From assembly GCF_018350175.1 (NCBI RefSeq), contig NC_058368.1, forward strand, positions 36,024,001-36,088,000: a DNA stretch of 64,000 nucleotides, written 5' to 3'. Each line of letters begins with the position of its first letter. Positions within the stretch are counted from its first letter, which is position 1. A program made the position numbers and the translations under genes. The notes below the pieces were generated by a model, which was given only the letters and a program-made list of their open reading frames with translations, was not told where the DNA came from and did no database searches. Source of the DNA: Felis catus. Its lineage: Eukaryota. Of this stretch, positions 13,501-26,530 are shown piece after piece.

Positions 13501-16500
13501 TGAGTACAATGAGCAAGATTTAACACTATGGAAAATTATACATAGTTCCTAAAGGGAAAAATTATGAATTCACTCATCACTACTTCAAATGGTAGCTAAC
13601 CGAATACGATTCAGTTACCCAGCGATATATTGTGAATAGACTGGACCTGAAAACCTCAAGTGTCAGAATTTGAGAATAATCTAATAGCTGGGAAAGGAAA
13701 ATAGATTTCTAAGAGTTACCACTACTAGTATCTGTGATAGGAGAATATTATTTCAAAGAAGATTTAGGCAGCTTGAAGGCAGAAGATACGGAATATATAG
13801 AAGAAAAGTGAAAACTTGGAATGAATTATTTTTTAAGTTGGCAATACCCCCTTGGCAAAATGTCAAAGTAAATGCTTTGGTATTGAAAACCATAATAGTA
13901 TAAATAGCTTTAGTCATATCTGATCTGTCAAACCCGGTTTTAGTATTTCTAGGCACATAAATAAATGACTATGTACCTAACTACACAGAAAATAAACAGA
14001 GAAACAGGCTATCTTTCTATTCAAATATTAATATATGACTGCCATAACTAATCAGAGTATTTTACCAGCAAAGAGATGTGTGCTTGGCAATTTCAGGCTA
14101 AGAAGAAGAAGAAGAAAAGCGGCTAATGCACTAACTAAACTACTGAGGAATAGATTATTTCAACTACAGCAATCATCAAAAGTGTAGCAAACAAATGCAT
14201 ATTTCTTTTTATACGACATTCTATTTTAGTAACCAATGTCACAAAACAAATAGTCTTGAAGGACTTTTCTGTATAACTCAAGTCTTACACAAACAGGGAG
14301 AAGGATTTCACTACTTCACAAATCCTCAATTAGAGCTGTATCTAATTTTTTTTAATGTTTTATTTTTTTAACCATTACTACATGTACAGAAGAATCATTC
14401 AAGTCCTGGGATTACGGTCTATAAAAAACTTGAAACATACTTCAAAACCAAGTCAACAGAGTTGAACAAAAAATATGTTTCCTCCCTTTTTATTCCCATA
14501 TGGAATAACAAACCGATCAAGACAGGTTATAAAAACTGCTGCATCTCTAAGGACCTTTTTGCAATCACAGAACTTAGCGATTTTGCTCATTTCAAAAGTA
14601 TTAGCACCACAAACTAAAAAAATCATGTTCTTGAGGTCCCCTTGTGTGTAAACACTCCCTCATAACTAAGACTGAGATAACAGAAAAACAGGAGCTCAGA
14701 CCAAAGAAAATATCAATATCCTTCAAATTCATATATTCAACAAAATGTTCTAATAAGCTGTATGCTGGGGAGAAAAATAACCCAGTCAGTCAGATCTATT
14801 TGTCATGCGTATCTTGGTGCTAACTGTTATAATTTAATTTCAAACTGACATGAGCTTTGATTAAACGGATGAAAGGTGTCAGAGGGGAAACTAAAGAAAT
14901 CAGGAAACAGTTAAAAATTCAGCCCAAAAAACATGGAGGCCTAGTGTCACATGATCTTTATTGGTTCATCACAATTCATAAAAACATCATAAAGGTTTTT
15001 TTATTATGTATCCTCAAAGTCTCCCCACTGTAAGTACCCGCACCCTTGGAATTCTTACATGTTGTGGTTTCTCAGTCGTAGAATAATACATGTACTCATA
15101 AAATATAATTTTTCTACTAACTACTGTTTTTCCCAGTGCAACCTAGTCCCATATATCCTCAGCTAATGTTAGCATGTGAAAATATATCCCTGCTAAAAGA
15201 AATTACAGAGCAAAGACTCTAAAAGTTAATGCATGGCATGCTAATGCATACACAAGAGAATGTACCAAAGGGGGAAAAAACTTATTATAAAAAGAATGAG
15301 AACTTAGTGTACATTCCTAATTTAAAAGGAGGATTAAATCCAAATGAGGACACAGGTAATTCAGGATATCTAGCATGCTGCAGAATGGAAAGACTTAATA
15401 AGCCAACTTATTAGTATTTGTACACACAGTGCTAAGCAACTTGGGAATAGAAAAGGTAACAATAAATTGTATTAACTAACAGATAAGAAGGAATGCCATA
15501 CTACACAGTGAGCAGACCATCCCTGGTGTATCAGAGGGTGAGGAAAACAAAGACAGAATTTCATCAAAATGGCCAGAGTGATTATCTACACCTTGAGAGA
15601 AGAAATGTGATCAGACATAAAAACGACCATTATTCCAACATAATGAGAGAGAATTTCAGGCTTAAGAAGCAGAATTTTATAATGATCTTAATTAGACTCA
15701 ATGACAGCATGCCTATATTCCTCAGAATCTTGTATTTTTGCAACAGACTAACCAGAATGTGGAGTGTCAATGTCTATTTCCAATTAACATTTTGTTTCAG
15801 TATTAGAAAACTAAAGTTGCTACCCCTCTCCTGCCATAAGAACCACGGACTTGCTGCCACTTATGGGCTTATTAGCATTGCCCTAGGAAAGGAGTTATAC
15901 ACATCATCTCCGGTCAAAAAATAATGTGTGTGTGAGTATGTGTACGTGTGTAAAAGAGGAGGAAGTAGAATACTAGTTATTTGTTCAACTCAACATTTAT
16001 TATATGGTCTTTCTGGTAAGTAGTTCTCCTGTCCTTCCGATTTCATGTTCCCATCTCTGATAGTTCAGTTGAAAATTCAAGTCATTTCCCCAATTTCTTA
16101 GTTATTAAATCTTTAGTCCTGGGAGATCAAAGATGCTCCCAGCTACTATTCCAGATCATCCCGGCATCTAAATGGTCTACCTAATTATAACTCCATCCTT
16201 TGACTAGCCTATTTTCTAGAATCAACTAGCTTGGGCTCTTTTCTATCCCACAACCACCTGAACATAGGATATTTTTGTTTTTGTTTTAACCTGGGCGTTT
16301 GATACTTATCTAGATTATCATCCCTTCAAGCTAGATCTCATACTATGTAGATCCTACATGGTCATACAAACTTCTTGGCTCATGTTCAGACCTGTTTTCC
16401 AGGTACCACCTTTCCCACATGCAACCCAAATGCCCCACATGTACCTTTCAACCACTGGCAAGTGGTTAAGGGAGAAGTAGCAGGTTCATGTACACTAGGA

Positions 16501-16547
16501 TTAGGGAAATGCTTTAAAAAAAAAAATGATCTTTATATGGGCAAGAA

Positions 16548-16730
16548 AGGAATGAGGAGTTGGTGTTTAATGGGTACAGAGTGTCAGCAAGAAAGGTGAA
16601 AAAGTTCTGGAGATGGACAGTGGTGATGGTTGTGCAAAAATATGAGTGTACTTAATACCATAGGCCTGTAGGCTTAAATGTGGTTTAATTGATAAAATTT
16701 TATGTTACGTAAATTAACCATGAAAAAATA
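16548..16730 (+). mobile_element. L1MB-type 3'-end fragment
   Basis: tgtttaatgggtacagagt...aaagttctggagatggacagtggtgatggttg is the hallmark L1MB terminus. Confidence 0.8.
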
Positions 16731-16763
16731 GAAACAAAAATACAAGGCTGGATTTCAAACTAC

Positions 16764-16973
16764 TTTTTTTTTTTTTTTAATGTTTATTTATTTTTGAGAG
16801 ACAGAGTGCAAGGTAGGGGGGCGGGGGCAGAGAGAGAGGGAGACACAGAATCTGAAGCAGCAGGCTTCGAGCTGTCAGCACGGAGCCTGATGCGGGGCTC
16901 GAACTCATGAACCACAAGATCATGACCTGAGCCAAAGTCTGACACTTAACCAACCGAGCCACCCATGCGCTCC
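16764..16973 (-). mobile_element. CAN-SINE (feliform SINEC_Fc2-like)
   Basis: Poly-T, (GA)n and reverse SINE body. TSD caaactactt/caaaccactt. Confidence 0.93.
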
Positions 16974-19900
16974 AAACCACTTGCTTTTTTAATAATGTTA
17001 GTTTGACCTCTTTTTGATTTAGAAATGAATGGAGGGATTAGGTAATTTTTTTAATGAAAAGACATAAATCTAAGTGACCCCAAATTCTCAAACCAGATCA
17101 AACTGGGATCATTTAGAATGCATGTGGTCTTTCCCAAGAGCTGCCGAAGGAAAGCGATGTGTTCATTCACCACACACTACACCTCAAACGTGGACACTAG
17201 TTTGACTGCTTATCTGACGGCACAGACAAAGCTGCTACAGAAGAATCCTTCCTCTCTTATCTCATTCGGAATTACCTCTCCAAATTGCACAAGGAGTTTA
17301 CTTCTTGGGCAATTCTGTGTTTCGAGAACCTAATCACATTTCCATTTCCTTGAATGTCGCAGCTCAGCTCTTAAATTTCTGCGACTATGGCAGCCCGGGT
17401 CAACTCTTCTGTCAATAGGGATGACAAGTGAGGAAGCAAGGGTAGTCTTTTACATGAAAGGAAGATCTTAGTTCCTCTTTCCACCCTCTTCTTGCTCCTC
17501 CACTTTAAAAGGTTCAGCATGGAGTACGGCCCTCTCATCTTTTATTTCCTTACCTACTGAAGAGTCAGCACAGGTAAGACAGCCTGACATTTTCCAAGCA
17601 CTGAAACTGATCCTCTCATCTCCTTGGTCTTTGCCCCACATAGGCAGCTGGCACATAAACTATCGTGCTGAGTTCTAGCGAAGGAGACAGCCTTAGGCCT
17701 TTGGTATATTCAGACAAAAGCCATGTTAACAATAAAATGGTGCTTTATCTTCCTTTGTTGTGGATCCCTGTACATATATCTTACCAAGGAAAAAGGAGGG
17801 CCTGAACCAAGACAGGATTCAGAAATCCCCTGATGTTTCACAATCCCCCAAACTCCCATAAATACTTCTAAGAATTTAAGATAAGCAACATTTCCACCTC
17901 CTTCTTAATGTTCATATTTAAAAGTTACAGGTTTTTCTTATAAAACCATCATTTTCCAGTATCTTCCAGCCTCCCTCGCAAAAACATCTTATCTTTAGCA
18001 CACTAACCAAATGCGCTATGAAAAAGAAGAAAGTACTTAAGAGAACCATTCTGTGAAAGGGAATGGGAAGAAACTTTTCATTAATGGGAGTGCAGTAGCT
18101 TAAATCTTATTAGAAAATCTCACTTTAAACTCAATTACTTCACATTATGTTGAGCCACCTGACACTTGAGCAGAGAAGCATTAACACCATGGTAGAGAAC
18201 AATCCTTACCGGAAACGAAATATCCCTTACTGTAAACTACCCTATCTTACTAATTAAAAACTATCTCTGGTTTAAATGCTTCATGAAAATGTCAGACAGT
18301 AAAATTTACTGTTCAAAAGACATATACCAATAAGCCAATGCAGAACTGGAAATGAAATACTAAACAGAACATTTTTGACATCTAGAAACACCCATTAATT
18401 GGGGACTCTAGTGCATGTCAAAATTCCTAATCTTTAAAATGTTTTCATAAATCATAACAATATTCTTATTATGTTACTTATTTTTTACCCAAAAAACATG
18501 GAATCCATATTTCAAATGATTACTTGAAATTCTCAAAACTTCAAATCCTTTCTCCCCCATTAAAATGAATAGTAAAACATCACCTAATAAAAATTTTATT
18601 TTACAGTAAGAAAACTAAAGCAGAGAGTAGCTAAGAGTCTGTCAAATGGACATCAGGACTCTAGACTTCCATGTTTGTGCTTTTTACACTCCAGAAACTT
18701 GATGATCCTGGTCATTCAGAGCCTATCCAACCTATCAGTAGAAACTACAAATGTGACGACATGAGAACTAAATGGAATTAAAGGCAGAATGACTAAGATT
18801 CATTCCACCCTGCAGAGAAAGTACAGCCTGGTAACAATTGGAGATGCTGATGACTAATTTTTTTTTTTTTTTCTATCTGGAGATTTTTCCCATAGCCTTG
18901 CCATTTCAGGATCAATGGCATTTGCTTCCTCTAGCAGAAAGATAACGCTCAGAGTAAGAGGTCATTCCTCGACACTGAGCGTAAAATGAAGTTTCTGTTA
19001 ATATCTACACTGAGACAATAGTCTTGAAAGCTATGTGGTTCAATTCGAGAGCTGGGTACTTACAGGGAGAATGTGTTGAAATGAGCCCACAACATTTTCC
19101 TTTAACTATGTAAAACAGGACAGGATTCCACTGTGCAAAGGGAAGATGCAGAATAGAAGGTAAGGATGGACACAAGGAAGACAAAAAGAAGGTCTTGGAC
19201 CAAAAGAAAACTTGCAGAAGATCAGAGGAGGTAAGATCAGAATTTAGACCCAACCACAGAGGGTGTGCTCCCTTCTTCCTCCCACAGATAGAAAAGGGCT
19301 GTGGGAGAAGGGTCTGAGATAAAAGAAGACAGAAGAGGGTTTGGAAACCTAAGAACAGAGGGTATTTGCGCCCAGCTTCCTGTCTGGGCCGCCAAAGGAA
19401 GAATGGCCTTCAACCAATGTGCAGCTAGTTCTGGAAACCAAGAGTGATGCACAACATGTTTAGGCAGCAAGCGCGCCTACCTACAAGACTATCTTGCTCT
19501 GTGAAGAGGTCAACAGGAGACATGCCACTGCTGAAGAGTCGGTGTACGTGTCATTTTCAGAAGTAAATGCTACATTACACTAGACTTTGCAAATAGAGAA
19601 ATTCACATTGGATATAAATTTCCCTGCAATTCCAGTAGGAAAAAATGTACTAGCAGCAAGTATTACATTCCAAATTCTAAGAAGTCAGTGAGGACTGCAA
19701 ACACTTTTCTCACTACAAACACATACAAATGTCCAAAAAGGAACATATTAAAACATGCATTTCTATGAAGTTACATCATACTTGACATCCAACGATTTAA
19801 AATTTAAACTCTTATCCCCATACTTAGTCCCCTTTACTTGGTTACTTGTATACTCTCAATGCTTTCTTTCTCACCTTTTCGCAGGCTGCTCCTTCTAAGC

Positions 19901-20282
19901 CTGAGGAAGATGTATGCAACTTGCACTACATCAATTACTTCTACCCTCACACTTGAGCAAACATTCTTCAGGACAACCATTACACAGATTCCTTTCATTA
20001 CAAATGGGTGTCCCTTTTGATCACCGGCACCATTTGGAATAATTAACTATCGAATACTCTGCTTTCTGAAAGCAGTTTACTGAATTAATGGAAGCCTGTG
20101 TATGTAATATACTTGACGAAAATTTCTTTCACTTTGGAAAGCTAAGGTCATTTCTAAGCAGTGACTGTTTAAAAATCAAATAAATGACTCACATATCTTG
20201 TTACAATTTTTGAGATTCATTTACATTGGCTAAAGCAAAGTCTCCTTTTTACTTCCCAGTTAAACGTGTAAAATATGTAGTT

Positions 20283-20317
<35 letters not shown>

Positions 20318-20318
20318 A
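20283..20318. repeat. (AAC)n microsatellite
   Basis: About 11 AAC units. Confidence 0.9.
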
Positions 20319-21176
20319 AACTTAGCACACTAGTCCTGCAAATTGTCCTATGATTCTGGAAATGTTTTCTAGGAAAAATAAATTGCTAAAAATCACTGTA
20401 CAACAATTCAAATAATAAACCAAAGTTTCCTTTACCTTACTACATGTTATTGTAAATATTCCTCCAAAAAAAACTACTGGTAACAACAGTTACTGGTAAC
20501 AAAAGCTACTATTGGTAGCCTTCTAAAAGGCTTCACATAAAATATAAATATACATATATAACTGTTTATGTAAACACCAACAACTAAAATCAACTCTCAT
20601 TTTATAGATATGTAACTGAGGCCTGGAAAACTGCCCTTCCCAAAGCCAAAGAACTACTACCTAAGTGACAGATTCAAGACTAAAACCAGATTCTGGATTC
20701 TCATCTATTCTATTCTCACTGTACTAAACTCCACTTTTGGAAGGACACCCAGAGCAATGAAAACGCGAGTCCAGCAATGAAACAACTAGAATTGCAATAG
20801 TTGTCAATACCAGAGTGTCCCCAAGGACTCCTTGGTCACTACGAAGACAATTTTAAGCTGTTTCATTCATTCATTCACTCATTTCATTCATTCACTTGCT
20901 CATAAGGCAGTGAGATTTCCAAGGCAGAGAAAAATAAAACATAATGCTGGACCTTCAAGAACGTCCATTAAAATTAGAGCAATAATATGTGCAAAGATGA
21001 AAAATAGACAAAAACATAATCATTTATAGAAAGTGAAACACTTTTTTAAGTGAAACATTTTAAAGGAGTCAGACATCTTTTGAAAGATAACCCATCAGAA
21101 GAAAAAGTAGCAGATTTTTGAATGACTAAAAGAAACGAGTCCAATCGAGGGAAAAGATACATGGAAGCTCAAAGAG

Positions 21177-21178
<2 letters not shown>

Positions 21179-21217
<39 letters not shown>
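21179..21217. repeat. A39 homopolymer
   Basis: Uninterrupted A run with no recognisable retroelement body upstream. Confidence 0.9.
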
Positions 21218-21220
<3 letters not shown>

Positions 21221-21698
21221 AGCTAGACTTATCAGGAAAATCTTCATGGAATAAGTGGTTTTAGGTGTGGGCCTTGAAAGATGAATAGGAGGCGGGATTA
21301 GAATGCTTCTCTTTCCTCTCTCTGAAGAGTCACTTTCTATATGTAAATACATTAATTTACATACATACACACAAAGAGGTAAAACACTGTTTTGAATAAG
21401 TTTTCTGAGAATGTACAAAAAAATCTTGGTAACAACCTACAAATCCAAAAGGGAAGAGCTTCTGGCTTTTCCAGTCTCATTCGGCACAAGGCAGTTGAAG
21501 AACAAGGAGGGTTTATTTCAAGACTGCCATTACACACGAACTCATAGGGCATCTCTGAGATACAAGGCAAACGGATCCTCACAGGGAAGCAGAATTGCAA
21601 TTATGGAATTTAAAGAGGGGAGTTGAGACATTTGATTTCTACTGTCATCCATGCCTTGTATGCAATGGGATTTTGAAAGTTTATTTAAATACGTATTT

Positions 21699-21817
21699 GG
21701 GGCGCCTGGCTGGCTCAGTCAGTAAAGCATGCAACTCTTGATCTCAGGGTGGTGAGCTCAAGTGCCACATTGGGCGTGGGGCCTATTTTAAATGTGTGAA
21801 TAAATAAACAAATAAAA
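21699..21817 (+). mobile_element. Short old CAN-SINE (lacks the CT segment)
   Basis: GGGGCGCCTGGCTGGCTCAGTCAGTA head and A-rich tail. Imperfect TSD aaatacgtattt/aaatacatcttt. Confidence 0.88.
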
Positions 21818-23647
21818 TACATCTTTATTATTTGTCAATGCATAGTTAAGTCAAAGCCACTGCATTTAACACTAACTTGCTTCCAACAACTTTTTTGTGT
21901 GTTAGGAAAAAAAAGGGGGGGCGGGCTATAGTCCTCTACACCTCCTTTTAGAAAGGAGAGAGGCAAAGCATCTAGAAAGAACTTGTCCTTAGCATCAGTC
22001 ATTCTAGGATCATAGCAAGCCACTTCCTGGCCTTGTAACACCACCCACCCCACATCTGACAGGCCAGCAAGGCCTTCTACAGTCTTAGCCCACGGCCAGC
22101 AGACAGCACAAGAGTGTGCCAAATCTTCCACTGATGCGACCATTCCTTCTGTAGGATTAGCCTTCTCCTTTCCTTCCTGCTTTCCAAAACAATATTCACC
22201 CTTCAAAAACACTCAAATGTTTGCTGGAAGCTTTTCCAAACAATGCAGGCCTCAAACCCCATCTCCTGTCATTCTGGTCCTCACATGATACACTCCAGCT
22301 TCTGAAGGATTCTAGATTCTTCCCAAACTAAGGGATTTTGAACATACTGTTTCCCATACCTGTAGAACTTGTGCCTTAATTCCTCTGGCAAATTCCTAAT
22401 TCTCCTTCAGGTCTCCAATTAAATGTGATATGGACCTCAGAGGCCTTCTGTGACCTCCCTCTTCAGTCTAGCACTTATCACCATAACTTGTTCATCACTT
22501 ACACGGGACATACAAAAACTGTGGTTGTTTTTCTTTGTCTACTTATTTATTTTCTATCATCTCTATTTGAAAATGCACTACCAGAAGGCAAGAATTTTAT
22601 TTGTCTTACTCAGCAGTGCATCCCAGGGGCTAGGATAGGACCTCTCATAGGAGGGGCATCCGGTATTTGTTGTTTGGCTGACTGGCTGGTTGACTGGGCT
22701 GCGTGATTTGCCATGACTGATTCAATAACCAAAACCAGAGCCTTTGCTGGCTGATTGATGGCAGATAACCGCAATCGTAGGCAGAGTATTACAAAGTAGC
22801 TAGCCTTGAGGGAGTATGATTTGTATATCCAATTTCACTTGCTGACAGAAAAAAAAAAAAAAAGCCACATGAGCACTAAGTCTTAAGCACTTAATACAAT
22901 AGGGATTACGCAGCTCCAAGGAGAAACAGTCTGCAAGCACAAAGCTGCTGGGCTGGGAGATAAGAAGGCCCTCTTCTGCGGAGGAATATCGATCTACAGA
23001 ACAGATGTGGGAGCCAGTGCCAAGAGGCACAGGTAGATACCCATGTCTTATTTCCTTCAGAATTCAGAGTTAATGCATCAGTATTTTGTATAATTATTAT
23101 GCATTAGTGTTACCAGGAAAAAATCCTATAAATTCAATTTTACAAAGTAAGCCTCACATATTAAAAATATGCTTATATAAAAAATAGAGAACACCCTAGC
23201 TTATGATTAAAATCTCCTAAATAGGCATTGAATTACAGGGTGCCATCTCCATAGGACACATATAGAAAATATCCAAACACGACCAATGTTGGTTCTACTG
23301 GCAACGGTTTTAGGTCGTTGTTTAGCCATCGCATTTTTCATCTATTAAATGATAAATGATCACTACAGATCATACTGACTTTACAATTCTGTGTTTACCT
23401 AATGAACATTCCCACTTTTTCTATTTCCATTATAAGACGCAAAGCACTATGATCCCTCTGTATTATCCTCTCAGCTAAAATAGGTTAAAAACAAACATGT
23501 GTATAACATTTTATACTTTACAAAGCAGAAGTGCCAGTTGGAACATCGAACTCTGGATTATTAATGATGGGTAAAATGATATAATGATAAGGAAAAAAAG
23601 CCTCATCAAGACTGCTTAACATTGTTCCTTGCATTGTCATCCCCCCC

Positions 23648-23840
23648 TTTTATTTTTTTTAATTTGAGATACAGCGAGCACATGAGCAGGGGAGAGGGAC
23701 AGAGGAAGAAAGATAATCTTAAACAGGCTCTGCACTCAATACGGAGCCTGACATGGGGCTCAATCCCACCACCCTGAGATCATGACATGAGCCAAAATCA
23801 AGAGTCAGGTTTTCAACTGAGTGACCCACCAAGGCATCGC
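23648..23840 (-). mobile_element. CAN-SINE (older carnivore subfamily)
   Basis: Reverse SINE body. TSD ttgcattgtcat/ttgcactgtcat. Followed by (AAC)n at about 23858-23887. Confidence 0.9.
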
Positions 23841-25238
23841 ATTGCACTGTCATTTATTAACAACAACAACAACAACAACAACAACAAAAAATGCATTTGA
23901 AGTTCATGTTCAATATATACCATAGGAAATACAATGTTCACAAAAATCAACTCCAAAAATTCCTAATGAATACAGATGCAGCTGATTTTAATTAGCATAC
24001 AAACAACAAATGCTGAAAAAGCACTTGGGTCATCATTTAAAAATACATGCAAACAAGACACCAAGACAAAGAACATGTTGCTGATGAGAACTGGACCAGG
24101 CTTGTCAGCTTGAATAGCTATTCTGTATAATATTTTAATTCAATCATACTTAAAATTGCAAAGCTATTATTCTAAAAACATAAGTACATAATAGACATGT
24201 GTTTCCTTTCAAACTATACCACCATCAACAGGCACAACTTTAAAATAATGTGTAACACAAAATGAGAGAATTTGAAAATCTGGTACAACAGAAAGAAAAA
24301 GAAAATTGTAAAATAAAACTGATGATGAAGTACAGAGCTGCACCAGAGGTCAACAACACTGTGTCTATTATTCAGCGGAAACACAGAATTTGCCTTTAGA
24401 TACCATGTTAATGTTAAATCAAGAACTGTCAATCAACACCATTTGTTTGTAATCCCTCATCAGAACCCATTGCCTCCATCCGAACATTCACTGGGAAGAA
24501 AGCAGAGAGCATATCTGCAACCACTTAACCTTCATCAGCCAACATTCATGCATGCTCATTAACATTTTTTTTATCCCACTTTCGAGCATGACACAGCTCA
24601 TACCGGAATAATAACTCGCTGATAATTGTTCAAGACAACAGCTGGACAGGCAGAGTGCAGAGGTGAACACTCTCATAGATTATGGGGTACAGTAATGCAT
24701 TACAATTAGTATAAAGAGTCATATGCTCGTCTTCAATAGTTTTCAAAAAAAAGTTAAGAAAATGTCATTAGCAAAACCAGCAATCCCCTCTAACTTTAAC
24801 TCTGCATGGCTCACTGCCCGACTCTGTTAACACTTCACTATTTTGATATAAAGCAATGACAACCATTGACCCCAGTGACTGTACCATTTCATGAATGGAA
24901 GCAGTAATTTTGATGTAATATAGCCAGATATAATCTAAATTTATGATCTAATTTGAAGACCACCAGGAGGGAAGGGAACATTTTACATCTTTCTAACAAC
25001 TGTTTTGTATTAAATCTCATTAGGTCATTATTATTCAAAAAAGTGGCAATGAATACTTGGTCTTAAAAATGTGAATTCAGGCAAATTAACACCACTGAAA
25101 AAAACTTAAATATCATTACAAAAGGAATCCTGGCTATGGAAGGGAACTTAGAGAATATGTAGTCTAAATGCCCCATTCCTAAGAGTTTAACAGCTACTCT
25201 TCTTTGCCATAAAGCAATACAAATAAAATTAGTATAAT

Positions 25239-25628
25239 TGTTGGAGATGGTTATCAAGAGGACACAATCACTGGTTGATCCTCCAGCTTGACCCAACCAA
25301 CTGAGGACTACTTAGCTGTTTGGAACGTATGCTTTGACTACCGTTCCCAGAGTAGGCGCTGTTCCAAGAACATAGCCTTCAGAGAGTAGGGTGATGTTGA
25401 AACCATCTGGATGTATATTTGTCTGAACCCAGTTAAAGCCTCTATATAAACCTTTAAGATTTGATGGGTAGGTGCAGACAACTACTCATCTTGCAACTGC
25501 CCAAAACAAGCCTTGTAAGTAAGTTCCCTTGCCTTTTAAACCTGCCACCTGCCAGTCTGCAATGATCTGCCTCTTTCTGTAGTCTCTCCTCGCCCTCTAT
25601 GAACAGGGGGCCAGCCTGCAAACCAACA
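25239..25628 (+). mobile_element. Full-length solo LTR (390 bp), subfamily not identified
   Basis: TGTTGG...CCAACA terminal inverted repeats, near-perfect 5-bp TSD (ataat/acaat), TATATAAA at 25443-25450. Confidence 0.75.
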
Positions 25629-26304
25629 ACAATAGTTGCCTTTATGAAGTACCATGCTAGGCATTCAGTAGACATGGTTTCTTAATGATCCTGTGAGTAG
25701 CTATTAACCTTTTTCCAGGTGAGAAAATTAATCTGAAAAAGATTGCAATTTCATCCAAATTCCAAAAGAGTCAGAGAAAGAATTCCGTTCTGGCATTCTG
25801 ATCCCAAAAATGAAGCCTTTTATTGTTAATTTCTACATCATCATCTTGCTTCTATTTCCATGATCTTATTCCAGCATTTCAGCTGCACAACTACTTGACT
25901 CTCTAGAATTAGACCTATTCCTGAAAGGCCTTTAAGATATAGCACTTAAAAATTCCACATTTTCCCACTGTTCTCATGTCCAAGAAGCTTGCTCTTAAAA
26001 TTCATAAGATCTTTAGTCTTTCTAACTAGTATCCCTTTGAAACTCCCTCTACTTTTATTTCTCCCACCACCTAACCTAGATTTTACAATCCAACTTCAAG
26101 TAGTTCCTACTATACACTTTTTCTATCTTACTTGACATTTAGTTATAAATGTCTAGGAGGTGAATTGCCAAACTTAAGTAAATACAACAACCCTTATTCT
26201 CCAGTCCTGCTTCCAACTAGTGATCATTATAAAAGGCAATCACATAATCCACATAAGGATCTACTATAATTTAATGATATGAAATAAACCCCAATAATAT
26301 AATG

Positions 26305-26530
26305 CAGGGGTCAACAAACTATAGCCCCGTGGGCCAAATCTGGTCTGCCACCCATTTTTGTAAACAAAATATTACTGGAACACAGCTATGACCATTAGTT
26401 TACATAGAGTATGAGGCTGCTTTTGCACTGTTAACAGTGCAACTTAGTAGCTATAACAAAGACCATATGGCCCAGAGAGAATAAAATATTTATTGCAAAG
26501 ACTTAAACAGAAAAGCTTTGCCAATCTATG
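26305..26530. mobile_element. MER58A-like hAT-Charlie element, opposite orientation to the 2476 copy
   Basis: caggggtcaacaaactatagcccc start. 8-bp TSD atataatg/atataatc, typical of hAT elements. Confidence 0.85.

Noticed and set aside
15493..15924. 143-aa plus-strand ORF
   Set aside because: No recognisable homology. It is AT-rich intronic, partly L2-like sequence.
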